A stretch of 64,000 nt of DNA from Cyanidioschyzon merolae (lineage: Eukaryota): assembly GCA_000091205.1 (NCBI GenBank), contig AP006492.2, one strand, 5' to 3'. Both the position numbers and the translations under genes were made by a program. Every line of letters begins with the position of its first letter. Positions within the stretch are counted from its first letter, which is position 1. Below are positions 46,647-58,441 of this stretch, one piece after another. Below the pieces are notes generated by a model. That model was not told where the DNA came from, made no database searches, and worked only from the letters and a program-made list of their open reading frames with translations.

Positions 46647-47143
46647 GGGACATAGGCGTCTTGCAGGTTATTGGAGCACAGCCTCAGTACACGTTTATGC
46701 AACAGAAGCGCGTCGAGCGCAGAGCGTATCGGTGCAACCGACGCCGCCCAGAGCTCGCTGTACCTGCCGCGCGCGAACCTGTGCTGCGTCAACTGCCCTG
46801 CTGCTGTCGTGTGTTGTAACATACGCTCTGCAACCGGCACAAGATCATGAGGTCGCAAGCCCACGACCCTCGGTCGATAGAGTTCACGCGCTTTCGTCGG
46901 TGCGCATCGCTTCAGATGCGTCCTGTGTTGCAGGCGACACGAAAGCGCCTCGTATTACAGACTTGTCGAGAAAGGCGCACCTGAGACACGCTTGTAACCG
47001 TCATACATGTACAAAAGGCGCATCCGCTGGCGATCCTACGCCACGCTGCTCTGCGGATCGCCGTCTGCGATGCATAGACCAGCGGCAGTGTCGCTCGAAA
47101 TCTCGCCTGCCGCATGCTCAATGCGTACGCGATGAATCCCGTC

Positions 47144-48274
47144 CTAGTGCTTCTCCTCGGTAAGACTCGGATGCGGTACGAGGCCACTGAGATAATTCGG
47201 CCAGCGCTTCAGGTTATTCGGATCGCAGTACCAGGTCTTGGTTCGGCGCAGGCCCTCTTCCCAGGACACCTGCGGCCTCCAGCCCAGCGCATGCAGCTTC
47301 GACGAGTCGATCCTGTAGCGCATATCGTTGAGGGTGCGATCTTTGACAAACTCGATGTGGCGGTTCGCCTCGGCAGACAGGCCGAAGAGATCGATAATGT
47401 CGTGCACAACGTCAATGTTGCGTTTCTCGATCTCAGAGCCTACATTGTAGACCTCATCGGTCTCGCCACAATGCAGGATGGTGTCAAAGGCGCTCGCCGC
47501 GTCCTCGACGTACAAAAAGTTGCGTGCATGCTCACCAGAGCCGTGTACAAAGCAGGGCCGGCGTTGCGCCAGCAGACAGATACTCTTGGGAATGAGCTTG
47601 TCGGGGAACTGGTGCGGCCCGTACACGTTGTTGCCGCGTGTGATGATCACCGGCAATCCGAACGACTTGACGTAGCCGCGGCAAATGAATTCGGCGGCGG
47701 CCTTGCTACATGCGTACGGGTTCGTGGGTGCCAGGATCGATGACTCTGTCTCCATGTTGCTCTCGCCGCCGTACACTTCATCGGTGCTGACGTGAATGAA
47801 GCGCCGCACTTTGCCGTACTGGCGTGCGCACTCCAGGAGGACGTGCGTTCCCAGCACGTTGTTCTCCGTAAACAGGATCGAGGACGTGAACGAGTTGTCG
47901 ACGTGCGTGCACGCCGCAAAGTGGAGCACTGTATCGATGCACTCCTCCTGGAGCACGTAGAGCACCAGGTCATGCGAGCGGATATCGCCGCGAATAAACT
48001 TGAAGTTTGGTCGGTTTGCCACCTGCGCGAGGTTGCTCAGCGACGAGCAGTAGTCGAGCTTGTCCAGTACCGTCACGCGGTAATGGGGATATCGACTCAC
48101 GAGCCGTTCGACAACGTGCGAGGCAATAAAGCCGGCACCGCCAGTCACAAGGATATTCCGCGGCACGAAGCGCAGACGGTCGCCGTAGACGACCCGCGCG
48201 TCCGAGTTCCCGTCGGGCTGTCCACCGGTTACCGACTTGGCACCGTTCGAAAGCGCCGTGCTCTGCGAGGACAT
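47144..48274 (-). CDS. UDP-glucose 4,6-dehydratase (RHM N-domain type; first step of UDP-L-rhamnose synthesis)
   Basis: ATG at 48274. NAD-binding 'ILVTGGAGFIASHV', 'VLDKLDYCSSLSNL', 'HFAACTHVDNSF', 'FIHVSTDEVYG', 'YACSKAAAEF', 'ITRGNNVYGPHQFPDKLIPK'. These are colinear with the plant RHM dehydratase domain and the bacterial RmlB fold. Confidence 0.85.
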   Translation of the reverse strand: MSSQSTALSNGAKSVTGGQPDGNSDARVVYGDRLRFVPRNILVTGGAGFIASHVVERLVSRYPHYRVTVLDKLDYCSSLSNLAQVANRPNFKFIRGDIRSHDLVLYVLQEECIDTVLHFAACTHVDNSFTSSILFTENNVLGTHVLLECARQYGKVRRFIHVSTDEVYGGESNMETESSILAPTNPYACSKAAAEFICRGYVKSFGLPVIITRGNNVYGPHQFPDKLIPKSICLLAQRRPCFVHGSGEHARNFLYVEDAASAFDTILHCGETDEVYNVGSEIEKRNIDVVHDIIDLFGLSAEANRHIEFVKDRTLNDMRYRIDSSKLHALGWRPQVSWEEGLRRTKTWYCDPNNLKRWPNYLSGLVPHPSLTEEKH

Positions 48275-49485
48275 TTATCTTGCCAACGTGCGCCTTTCGA
48301 CTCGGACGCACACAACCACACGCACCGGCTACTTCCGAGCTCTGCCTGCACAGACGGTAAACGCCACGATCGTAGCGCGCGTTTCTGTTTCAACAGGATC
48401 CATCTCTAGCGAGACACGTGTCCCAGGTATGCGACCGATGATGGCGGCAGCAGCGTCGCCACCGCGCACGCATCGCTGATGCGACGGGCGGCGATTGCGC
48501 GCGCACTCTGTGGATCGCGCGCTTCCATCATGGTGTAGGGCAGAAGGATCAACACAGAGGCTGGCGGCATGAATCCAAGGAGATATGTGTGCATCATTCG
48601 CGCTGTGGGCAGCAGCGCGATAGCGACCGACAGTGATGTTGCTGGCAGGTACGGAGTGTGGGCGCTTTCGGGGATCTGTTGAAACTCGCCTTGCCACTAG
48701 GACTTGTTTGTGTGTTCGTTCCTGTGTTCGCGCACGTGAATCCGCTCCACTATGCAATTCATGAGCGCTGTCTCGAGCGTGTCGGCCTTGACGGACTCTG
48801 CTTATGTGGCAGCATCGACAGCACGTTCCCGTCGCTCAGACATCCCAGCCAGAGCGTGGCGAGAACGCTGTGTTCCCATGCTGCAGCGTGCGCGCGTGCA
48901 CATATTCGCGCAGTGCTCACCAGCATTCACACGTTTTTACGTATGGAAGCATGCACGAATGCAGTAATGCACGTATGCACGTATCGAGTCCCTAGGATCC
49001 CTGTAATCCTGACCGCTGCTAGCAGGCAGTCGTCCAGCCAATGCCTGCAGGCCCCTGGATGCTGCATTCGAAGGCACACATGAACGCCAGGAACAAATGC
49101 CTGCGCCACTTTGATGTACTCTCTTCAGAAGCTTGCGTCATTTACACGGATCACTATTAGAAGGGCGCTGCAGTTGGATCATCCCGGTATCCGATTTCGC
49201 CTGTAGCGGATGCCACAGCGGAGCTAGCCTATCGGAGCAAGTCTTTCCAGAACGCCTCGCAGTCAGCCTTGAGGTCCGCGTCGAAAGGTGCCTTACACGG
49301 CAGTAAGTGCCCTGGTGCCAATGACGCTTCCGTTCCTTTCGCCCAGTACAGGATCGTGCTAGCGCGCCTGCAGTCGCAGTCGCTTCCCTGCACGCAAAGC
49401 GAGTCGTCCCTGGGAGCGCACGCCATCGACCCGTCACTCGGTGCGTAACCGTTTTGCCGCAAAGTACGCCACCTGCGGTGCTATA

Positions 49486-50400
49486 TTAGGGCGCCACCAG
49501 CGGCTTGACACCCTTCGCCTGCATGCGCCGAAAGACCTCCTCCATGGCGGCGTGGACCTCGCGGATCTGGGCACCGGGATTGTCCCGCAGCAGTTTGCGG
49601 ACGTCGAGCTCGCAGTTGGAGCGGCCGGCCTTGAGGATTTTTGCCTGCTCCTCGAGCGTAAAGTTCTTCCATTGGAACTTTGGATCGATGTATTTTCTGT
49701 AAAGCTCCAGGACCTCGTTATGCGAGATGCTACCCGGATTGGTAAAGTTGTACACGCCCGTAAGGCCGCGCTCGCTCATATCCAGTGCCACTGGCAGCAG
49801 CTCCGTCAAAACCGTCATGCTGTTGGGGATATTCACAACCTTTTCGTAGCGTGCGATTTTCGTGACAAAGCTGCGCGGCGACAGGTCGTCGCTCACGGGC
49901 ATGCGCAGTCGCAGGATGAGCACATTGTCAAAAGCGCTGCGCAGCAGCTCCTCCACCATGGCCTTGGTGCGACTGTAGTAGCTACCGAAAAAGTTCGGCG
50001 GATCGTCCTCCGTGAAGGGCCTGCCGCCCTCAGCCGTAGGCCGGTGCTCGCCGTCGTCGTAGTGGTATAGACAGCCGGTAGCAAAGTTGGTGAGGTGGAT
50101 CCCGCGCGACGCGCAGCAGTCCGCCAGGTTCAGCACGCCCAGTACGTTACTGCGGACGGTCTCGCGCCGGTGGTCCTCGCACCAGTCGACGTTCGGACGC
50201 CCAGTGACCCCAGCACAGTTCAGGACCCGCTGTGGGCGCAGCGCGTCCAGTTCGCGCTCACAGGCCTCGCGCTGCTCGAGACGGAAGCTCGCAAACGCGT
50301 ACCGCTCACCGCGCTGCTCAAGTAGCTCTGCAACCATGTTGGCGATCCAACCGGTGCGTCCGACTATCAGAAAACGAACTTGAGCGATCTCGTCTGGCAT
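49486..50400 (-). CDS. UDP-4-keto-6-deoxy-glucose 3,5-epimerase/4-reductase (NRS/ER, UER1-like)
   Basis: ATG at 50400 ('MPDEIAQVRFLIVGRTGW'). 'NCAGVTGRPNVDWCEDHRRETVRSNV', 'NFATGCLYHYD', 'YSRTKAMVEELL', 'VVNIPNSMTVLTELLP', 'GVYNFTNPGSISHNEVLELYRKYIDPKFQWKNFTLEEQAKIL' match plant NRS/ER nearly block for block. The track ORF is extended upstream from a TTG. Confidence 0.85.
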   Translation of the reverse strand: MPDEIAQVRFLIVGRTGWIANMVAELLEQRGERYAFASFRLEQREACERELDALRPQRVLNCAGVTGRPNVDWCEDHRRETVRSNVLGVLNLADCCASRGIHLTNFATGCLYHYDDGEHRPTAEGGRPFTEDDPPNFFGSYYSRTKAMVEELLRSAFDNVLILRLRMPVSDDLSPRSFVTKIARYEKVVNIPNSMTVLTELLPVALDMSERGLTGVYNFTNPGSISHNEVLELYRKYIDPKFQWKNFTLEEQAKILKAGRSNCELDVRKLLRDNPGAQIREVHAAMEEVFRRMQAKGVKPLVAP

Positions 50401-51065
50401 ACTTGAAGCGACCTGTTGGCACTCGTGTCCACGCTGCGGGAAGTTCTGGATATCACTTGAGTGCACCCTCCTACTTGCAGGCGAAACAGTACTGCCCCAG
50501 GTTTCCCGCGCATGGCGTGTCTCGGGTATTTGATCGGGGCGCGCCCCAGGCGTTTCGTCGGGCAATCGTGCGGGGCGCTGGAGCCGCTACGCTGCTTGAT
50601 GAGAGCGTCTCGACTCCTGCATGCTGAGATATTGTGTGCTCGAGGAGCCGTTGTCTTTCAGGATAGCGAGAAACGGGATACGCATTGCACGAGCGTTCTT
50701 TACTGTACGGTAGCAGTGCATGCTAGACGAGTCATCGGTATGCGGTACAGCGGTTCGCAAAGTATTCGACGTGAACTTGTCTATGATCGCACCAGAGCAG
50801 CGCTCGACGCATGATCCATTCGCTGGTACGCAACGCTGTGGCAACCAGGGGCGCGTTCTTGGCAAAGCACCATAGCGCCACGGAGTGGGTGTCAGGTGAT
50901 GCCGACGCTATCACCATGCGAACGGCTCCGCGACGGGTAACCACAGGCGCTGTCATTCTCTTTGAATCGGCAAGTGCGATACGTCGCGTTGCACATGGAT
51001 TGCGCTCGCTGTTATGAGTACCGCCTAGGCGTCGGCGGTGACCTGGTGCCGCGCTGCGCCCTGAT

Positions 51066-52646
51066 TCAATCCGCCAGCATCCGTCTCGCCGAGATCTCGA
51101 TCTGCGACGCGTGCTGCGGAGGCTGCGTCGAATCGAGCGCTTCCCAGGTAAGCTCATCGATCGAGGAGTCATCGAGCGGCGTGGATTTCCCGCCTTCCAG
51201 ATCCGACGATGTATTCGCCTGTTTGGCGAATGCCGCTGGCGCTTGTCCAGCACGCTGCATCGCCAGCGCCGAACGCTTCCACTCGTAGAAGCCGACCAGG
51301 CCCTGTCCGAGGCAGAACAGCATCGTGAAGCATATCGACACGGTAAGCACCGCGAGCGCGTGGAAGCTGTTATCGTCCCGTGTCTTTGCGATCCAGTCCG
51401 GGGAGAAGATGACGAACCAATAGTAGAAATCGGGGATAGAGCAGTACTGCGACGCGCCAATCTGCGGCGAGCAGATCGCCTGTGCAACCTGCAGCGCCAG
51501 CGCCAGGCACGCTACCAGCACGAGGCCTATCCAGCAGGAGCCCTGGAGGGCGAAACGCGCACGCGGCGGTAGCGCTGCATGGGATGCGCTGGCGGCACCT
51601 ACACCGATGATCGCCAGCACCAGAGTCAGGCACGTCACCAGGATGCCGTTCCATGTCGGGCTGCGAGCGGCGACGACGAGCCCCACCACGGCAGCTACCG
51701 CCAGGAACGCAGTCGATACGAGGTACCCGGTGTGCATTTGGCAGAGTTTGCGCTCCAGGGTGCGTCGCTCAACGATGATCCAGAGCACGCCAGCCAAGGT
51801 CCAGTAACCGAAGTAGACGACAGTGGAGACGAAGGTCGGCGCATCCACGTATCCGAAGAGCTCGTGCAGCAGGTTGAAGAACTCGTTCCCGTCGTCCGCG
51901 CAGCAGGCCTCGGTGGACCAGAGCGCGGCATTCCACCACGGCCGCTGCGTGGATGGAATCGACTCGTCCTCGTTGCCGTTGCGCGTGAATGACCCGAACA
52001 GGTTCGCTTTCTGGAGGTCCAGGAAGGCCGTCGACAGGAAGCCCGCAGCGAATGCGATCAGCAGCAGCGACGAGAGCGCGAAGAAGAGGCGCAGATCGAA
52101 GGCGAGCGCCCCGCGGTAGATTGCCCAGGCAACGACCAGCGCAACGGCCACGCCGACGGCTGCGGCGATGGGAATCGAGCTCCACGAGACACCGCCCGTG
52201 ATTCCGAACAGGAATACGATGAGCTCGACGCCCTCACGCAGCACGGACGTGAAGACGAGCAGCGCAACGCCCCATCGGCCGCGCCTCGACAGAGCCCGCG
52301 CTATCCCGCCCTCGAGGTCGCGGCGCATGTGCGCGGCCGTGCTGAGCATCCAGAAGATCATCCACGTGATGAGCACTACCGCCACCAGTCGGACAATGGC
52401 CTCGAAGAGCAGCTCAGTGAGACCCGTATACAGCTTCTGGCCGCGCGTCCAGAAAACGATGCCGAATGCGATTCCAATGACGATGAGCACACCGACGCCG
52501 GCTGCAACGCCCAGCCAGACGTCTCTGAGGTAGCGCTCATTCTTGGTACGCCGCAGGTATGCCAGACAGATCGAGACCACGATGCAGGCCTCGAGGATCT
52601 CGCGAAACGTAATGATAAAGCCTGCCAGTGAGAAGAGCTGTACCAT
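51066..52646 (-). CDS. FTR1: FTR1-family high-affinity iron permease
   Basis: ATG at 52646. Polytopic membrane protein with two RExxE motifs in TM helices ('TFREILEACIVVS', 'LREGVELIVFLFG') and a hydrophilic C-terminal tail. Confidence 0.7.
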   Translation of the reverse strand: MVQLFSLAGFIITFREILEACIVVSICLAYLRRTKNERYLRDVWLGVAAGVGVLIVIGIAFGIVFWTRGQKLYTGLTELLFEAIVRLVAVVLITWMIFWMLSTAAHMRRDLEGGIARALSRRGRWGVALLVFTSVLREGVELIVFLFGITGGVSWSSIPIAAAVGVAVALVVAWAIYRGALAFDLRLFFALSSLLLIAFAAGFLSTAFLDLQKANLFGSFTRNGNEDESIPSTQRPWWNAALWSTEACCADDGNEFFNLLHELFGYVDAPTFVSTVVYFGYWTLAGVLWIIVERRTLERKLCQMHTGYLVSTAFLAVAAVVGLVVAARSPTWNGILVTCLTLVLAIIGVGAASASHAALPPRARFALQGSCWIGLVLVACLALALQVAQAICSPQIGASQYCSIPDFYYWFVIFSPDWIAKTRDDNSFHALAVLTVSICFTMLFCLGQGLVGFYEWKRSALAMQRAGQAPAAFAKQANTSSDLEGGKSTPLDDSSIDELTWEALDSTQPPQHASQIEISARRMLAD

Positions 52647-52907
52647 GATAAAGCAAGGACTAGCGCGGTCGGGGATGGTATGCAAAAGCCCGTGAGAGTA
52701 CTTTAAGAACACCGAGTGCGTTCTTTTGCAGAAAACGACCTAAACGTGAGTCTCTACGCCTACGTGCCTCTGCAACGGGGCAAGAATGAGCGGGAGAACA
52801 AGTTGGCGGATTCCCACGACGCTACGACTACCGCTACTGCTGCTGCTGCTCGTGCTGCTTCCTCCGATATTGATGGCGCACGCGCATGCTGCACGCCAGC
52901 CGCCAAT

Positions 52908-52956
52908 CGGCACGGGATCGGCACGGGATCGGCACGGGATCGGCACGGGATCGGTA
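52908..52956 (+). repeat. 11-nt tandem repeat (CGGCACGGGAT)x4
   Basis: Read directly from the sequence: 'cggcacgggatcggcacgggatcggcacgggatcggcacgggatcggtacg'. Confidence 0.9.
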
Positions 52957-54059
52957 CGCGGCGTGAATGCCGGCCTGCTGGCAGCGAGTTTCAGATGAAT
53001 AGCTGCGCACTCATTGATGGATGCGCTGCTTGATACGACAGAGACATGCCAGGCAGGTGGTTTCGTAGTACACCAGGTGCGTTCGATGGCGACGGAACGC
53101 CAGCGTCATGCACGGTGCGATTCCTGTGGTGGACGATCCTGCCAAGCCGTGCAGGGCAATATTCCGACAAAGCGATTCCACAGGGGTCAATGTGCTCGCT
53201 GATGCTTTTATGCGACATCGCTGGTAACAGCACATTGATTTCGTGGTTGTTGGCTGTACTGCTCATACAATAGCGTATCGAACAGAGCGTAACGGTGAAC
53301 GAGACCGGTTCACGTGGTGCAATTGGATTTCCTTTCGGGGTGCTTTCGGGATGCGTGCATACGGAAGCAACGCACCGGACACGTGTACTATGTGCGTGCG
53401 CTGGCAATCACTCGCGCTTCTCTGTGATGCGCATGGATGCGAGAGGCACCGGACACGCACACGCTACGTCTACGAGAGCCTCGGGGGCAGCATGTCGCTG
53501 TGATACACACCAGGGACTTGGACGGAGCGCTCTGGTATCGGGAATCTGCAGTCGCTTGACCGCTGCGCTATGCTCGCCGTCAGGTGTCATGCACGGCTCG
53601 TCATACATCTTCGCCAAGTCATGCGCTGCAACGTGCGGGCATCAGTGCAACGGCACACAGGGGGCCCGAGACGCGCCCCATGAGTGACCTGCGCCCTTCG
53701 TGGGTTGCAGTCACCAGAGGCGGCGCCGCGCCGGCGCCTCCCAGCTCGATGCCCGGAGCGGCATTCAGAGCGCCTGACCTCGTTCGTGCGCGGCGTGTGT
53801 CGCCTCTCGTAGTACTTCTGAACGTTTCGTATCGGTGCAAGCTGCTGCACCGTCTAGCGTGTACTGCATTGTCGGTGGAGTAGCTTTTATTATCAGTTTC
53901 GGTCTTGGTGCCACTGCCGCCGTTTTAGTGCGGCGTCCATGACCGGACAACCCGTGAGCAATACACTGGCTTTCGCGTTGCTGACTGTCGAGCCTTGCTG
54001 CTCGGAGCGAGTGTGACTTTGGTGTGCGGGACGGCCGTGTTTCGAGCTTGGAACACCAG

Positions 54060-55064
54060 ATGGACGAACTTCCAGAGCAGGTACTCGTGGAGTTCCGCGC
54101 AGGTCGCGCGTACCTGGACAGTGGTTTGGTGCACTCGGACGGCCGCAAGGGCTGCGTCCGTGTCGTGCGAGCCGCGGACGGCCTCGTGCACTTCCAGTGG
54201 CTCGACCGCGCAACCCGTGCAATCGAGGAGGACCTGATCGTGTTACCCCGGCGACGCGACAGGGGTATTCCTTCTAGAAGTCGACCCTGCAGGCCATGCA
54301 AGACTATGCACTGGCGGCGCGTGCACGCCTGCCGGACTGGTAGAATGTTCGTCTTGGGCTTTGCGTCGTCGGATCTACAGCTGTTCTTTTGGCTGCAAGA
54401 GCCTCGCTGCGACGCGGACGTGCGGCTGGCACAGCGGCTGCGCAACGCGCTCGAGTGCCGTCCCCTGGACGACCCCGCTGGCTTGGATCACGCAGATGAG
54501 GTGCGGCTCAGCGACGCAGAGTCCCGACCTGGGCCAGGCCTCAGCTCGCAGGTACCTGACGGCGCGACGCGTCCGTCGTCCGCCGCGCTTGGGCAGTCGC
54601 TCGTAGACGCGCTGCAGCGTCTGGGGGCCAGCGCTGCTTCCGATGCTGTGCATGCTGCGGATGACGCAAGTCGTCAGCCGCAGGCGCGCGCCGATGATAC
54701 GCCTGACCTCGGGGCGCTTCTGCGCTGGGGCCCCGCGCTGGAGCGGCTTCTCCGCGAGCCGGGCCTCGGACCTGCATCCGCTGCCCTGTGCCGCGAGTAC
54801 CTGCCATCCAGCATCGACCTGGAGAGCGTGCTGCAATCTGCCGCGTTTCGGCAGCAGCTGGAGGCGCTTTCGACTGCGCTGAGACGCAGCCGCGGCGATG
54901 CTGGTCCCCTGTTCGCAGCGTTTGGCATCGAGCCACCACCAGCGGGCGACTGGCGGCACGATCTGGAGGCGCTGCTAGAGGCGCTGCGCCTTCGCGCTGA
55001 GGAGTCTGCGCGCAGTCGTTCTGAGGGCCCAGCGCCAGAATCACGGCATGGTTGTGGTAGATAA
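54060..55064 (+). CDS. Proteasomal ubiquitin receptor Rpn13/ADRM1 (Pru domain + DEUBAD)
   Basis: ATG at 54060 ('MDELPEQVLVEFRAGRAYLDSGLVHSDGRKGCVRVVRAADGLVHFQWLDRATRAIEEDLIVLP...GRMFVLGFASSDLQLFFWLQEP'), matching the Pru domain ('YLVEFRAGKM...D.RKGLVY...DDGL.HFCW.DR.TG..EDDLI.FP...TGRVYVLKF.....LFFWMQEP'). C-terminal helical 'LCREYLPSSIDLESVLQSAAFRQQLEALSTAL' resembles the DEUBAD. Confidence 0.65.
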   Translation: MDELPEQVLVEFRAGRAYLDSGLVHSDGRKGCVRVVRAADGLVHFQWLDRATRAIEEDLIVLPRRRDRGIPSRSRPCRPCKTMHWRRVHACRTGRMFVLGFASSDLQLFFWLQEPRCDADVRLAQRLRNALECRPLDDPAGLDHADEVRLSDAESRPGPGLSSQVPDGATRPSSAALGQSLVDALQRLGASAASDAVHAADDASRQPQARADDTPDLGALLRWGPALERLLREPGLGPASAALCREYLPSSIDLESVLQSAAFRQQLEALSTALRRSRGDAGPLFAAFGIEPPPAGDWRHDLEALLEALRLRAEESARSRSEGPAPESRHGCGR

Positions 55065-56220
55065 ACTCGAGTGGGCGAGCTCGGGTTACCTGGAATAGAA
55101 ACTCAAGTTTTATGCAGAGTAAACTGTATAGATACAAGCAGTTGCCTATAATAATGCGGATATCCCATAGACTCGCATCTGGAGCATCGTGCTATCCTCT
55201 ATAAAACTGCTGAAAGAGGATAGACTCTTCTGCGCTGACTCGTGGAGGCACGCATCAATCGACTGATCGTTGCGAGACTGTACAGCCTGCACTTGTGTGA
55301 GTGCTCACAGATCAGTATCGGCGAGCGTGCGGTTTGCGACTGTCCTTGTCGGGACAGGCGGCCGCTACGGGTTGTGTGCCTTGCGCGGACGCCCTCGGAT
55401 GCGACGCTCTGTGCTGGCGGTGAGCGCAACAGTGTGCAGCACTTGCACTTGCGCAGGCGGGCTGCACAACGAGCAGCTGCCACTGAACAGCACGAGTCGC
55501 GTATCGGCTAGCGAATGCGTCACGCTGGACCTGGCAGACTTGGGTGGCGCTGCAGCCTCGGATTCGTGATCAGGGTGTGGGCGCTTTATTCACATAGAAT
55601 ATGCTCCGTTTGGGCGGTGAATGCCGACGCTGCTCGTATCCGCTGGTAGAAGTGCATGCACGATGCGTGTGCAGTGTGCAGGGTATCTACCGCTGCATCT
55701 ATGTGCGCAGCAGGATTCAGAAGGCAGAACGTTCCGCAGATTCTATGAGGCACCTTGTTGCTGGAATGACAGAATGGTGTACGCGACATTGCCCAATGAT
55801 GCAGCATTCCATTGGATTTGGCGGCAGTTGGCTAGGCAGCCTCTAGCAGCGCCACACGTCACTGTATCCACACACACGCGCGATGCGTGCTCCCATGACG
55901 CTACTGCGGCATGTGAATTGCGTTTCGCGGAGATGCAAGGCAGCCCTTATAAAGGCTCGCTGCGATCGACGCACCTGTAACCGAAGCATCCACGGCGACG
56001 GCGTTGATGTTGACTGCGGCAGCAACGATTGCGTTCCGCACATGCGAACAGATGCGAATCAGCGCTAGACACTGATCTGTGCTTTACACAGCCGTTGCCC
56101 ATCCGCATACGAACACGCACGCGCCTATGCCTGCGCATGCATCTATCTATGGATACACCCCGTAGACTACGGGTACGGGCGCTGAACTTGGAAACATCAC
56201 CCAAGTGCATGGATCGCTGT

Positions 56221-56262
56221 ATGCATGCATGCATGCGTGCGTGCGTGCGTGCATGCATGCGC
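56221..56262 (+). repeat. (GCATGC/GCGTGC)n hexamer repeat
   Basis: Sequence 'atgcatgcatgcatgcgtgcgtgcgtgcgtgcatgcatgcgc'. Confidence 0.9.
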
Positions 56263-56352
56263 TGCGTGCAGCGCGTCGCCAACGCGTGCTGCGCTACGCC
56301 CGCAGATCGACAACAGGCACAGAATAGGACACTGCCGTGAAGCGTGTGCAGC

Positions 56353-56412
56353 GGTGCCGGTGCCGGTGCCGGTGCCGGTGCCGGTGCCAGTGCCAGTGCC
56401 GATACCGATACC
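56353..56412 (+). repeat. (GGTGCC)n hexanucleotide microsatellite (~10 units, decaying to GTGCCA/GATACC)
   Basis: Sequence 'ggtgccggtgccggtgccggtgccggtgccggtgccagtgccagtgccgataccgataccg'. Confidence 0.9.
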
Positions 56413-58441
56413 GTGCTGAGGCCTCTGGTATGGCAGCGCCAACGAGCTGCTCGGCCGGCAAGGGTTGGGAAACGAGTGCGTCCTGTTGCCTCGGGGTACT
56501 GCCCGTGGACGTGGCCTTTGTGCAACTGCATGCTTTCTCTGTAGTTGGCGAGAGGCTCGCTTCGGGTGCCGAACGAACGCCGCTGTCGCAGGTGCTGCCT
56601 CGGCGCTGGACACCGCTGCACCCGGCGAGCCTGCAAGATCGCAAACGAGCGTGGGTGCTCGGGCAAGTCCTGCAGAGACACCGGAGCTCGAGTGCTCTGC
56701 AAGGGTCCCGTGTTGGGCGCCCGCAGGCTGCGATTGTGCAGCTGCGAGCGTCGCTTGACCGCAGCGCACTGGCAGGTATGTCCTTGGCTCAAGCGGGCTT
56801 CCTCGTGATAGGCGCACGTGAGCCGGTCCTCCTGGACGTGGGCCCACTGCACCAGGTTGACGTCACTATGTTGCTGACGGGTGTAGCGACGGTTGGCGGT
56901 GTTCTCGTAGGACTCTTGATCGCGTTCATTATCTCTCGGCAGTGATGTCGCTGCACTGCGGCTGCACTGCTGGCGCTGCCCGCTGCGGTCTGTGCGATCC
57001 GCGCAGCATACGTTTGAACGGCAGAGGGCTTAGAACATTCGTTTGGCGTCTATTGCCGTGCATCACGCTTTGTATGCGTTTGCGTATGGATTCTGGGCGC
57101 ACTCGGCGCCTGCGCATCTCTGGAATTGATAGGATTTAGAATGCTTTCCACTAGACGGGAAATGCCGACTGCGGGATTGTTGCATCATTCGAATACGTAT
57201 GCCGCACGGCCGCACGCATTGCAGGTGACGCTCAACGGGGAACACGGCTGCCGCCTCCAGGTGCCGGCACCCATGGCGTGTCGGCCCTGGCCGCAGACGC
57301 CATCCAGCTCCGGAGTGAGGGCATCGTCGATGTCAATGCCGGGTCCGGGCGGAGTCTATGTGCGTTACCCTTGAGCGCACGGCGCTGTAACGGAATCAGA
57401 TTGCGCGTACTGGACAGCATAGCCGGAGGTGGCGCGGTCATATCGAATCAGCCAAGAACGTGGGTGCACGAGCAGGTGGCGGTGTGCTAGAAGCGGAGCG
57501 ATGCCGAGTCGTCTATAGGTGCAGTGGTTTGGATGGCGGGCCGATGGACGCGAAGCCACGGAGCCACCTGGTATCGCAGTGCGAATCGGCCCCGACGTGC
57601 GCGGACACCTAGATGGCGCTGGCATGGACGGCACTCCCGTGCATTCTCCGAGCGCATCAGCTGCTACAGCATGGCTAGAAGCGATTGCTCATCCGAATGC
57701 GGAGGAGCGCGCGCGATGCATCTTGCGGATGGTGCTGTATCCGAGACACCAATGCACGGACACCGCCCCTTTATGACGAAAAACGCGTTCGGTGGCGTTG
57801 CACACCAGTCGTGGCGCACTGAGCCCTGCTGATGAGCATACAGTAGCGTCCATTCTCAGCGAGCGACTGTAGCGTCACGCTTGCACCCTGCTGTGGCCCC
57901 CCATACGGGCGACAGCTGCCAGTCAGTAAAGTCCACGCATCCAGTCGCCGAGAGATTCGAGTTCACAAACTAATCTATGACGCAAGCCTCTTCACCTCAG
58001 TCGAGACTGTGCGCTCTATTGCATGCGCTGAGCACGCTCCCAGTGCCGACGTGCTCGACAGTGCGCCACTTTGCTGCCTACAAGTCCTAGGGGATGCGTT
58101 TTCCAGGCCTGCATCTAGTGCATGTCTTTGGAAGAACAACACGTATGCGTTCCCAGCGGTTACACGCACAACCAGGCGTCACAAACAAGGATCGTTCAAG
58201 GCACGCATGTCACAAATACACTTGGAGCATGCACACATGCGCATCCCCAGCGGATTCGATCACATGGAGGCGTCAAGGGTATCGATGCACGCATCGGGGT
58301 GCGTGCCCGTGACACACATGGGCGCGCACGATGCGTGCGCCACGGTTAATTTCCCGCTGGCAACGCCGCTGCGCACTCGAGGCGCTCCTTCGAGGGCACG
58401 CTGCTGAGCTGTGTCGCCTGCATATTCCCATAACGTCGTTT

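Noticed and set aside
55947-56945. Overlapping 301-aa (minus) and 202-aa (plus) ORFs in a very GC-rich interval
   Set aside because: They overlap on opposite strands, span the (GGTGCC)n and (GCATGC)n microsatellites, and have Arg/Cys/His-heavy composition. They are most likely non-coding intergenic DNA.
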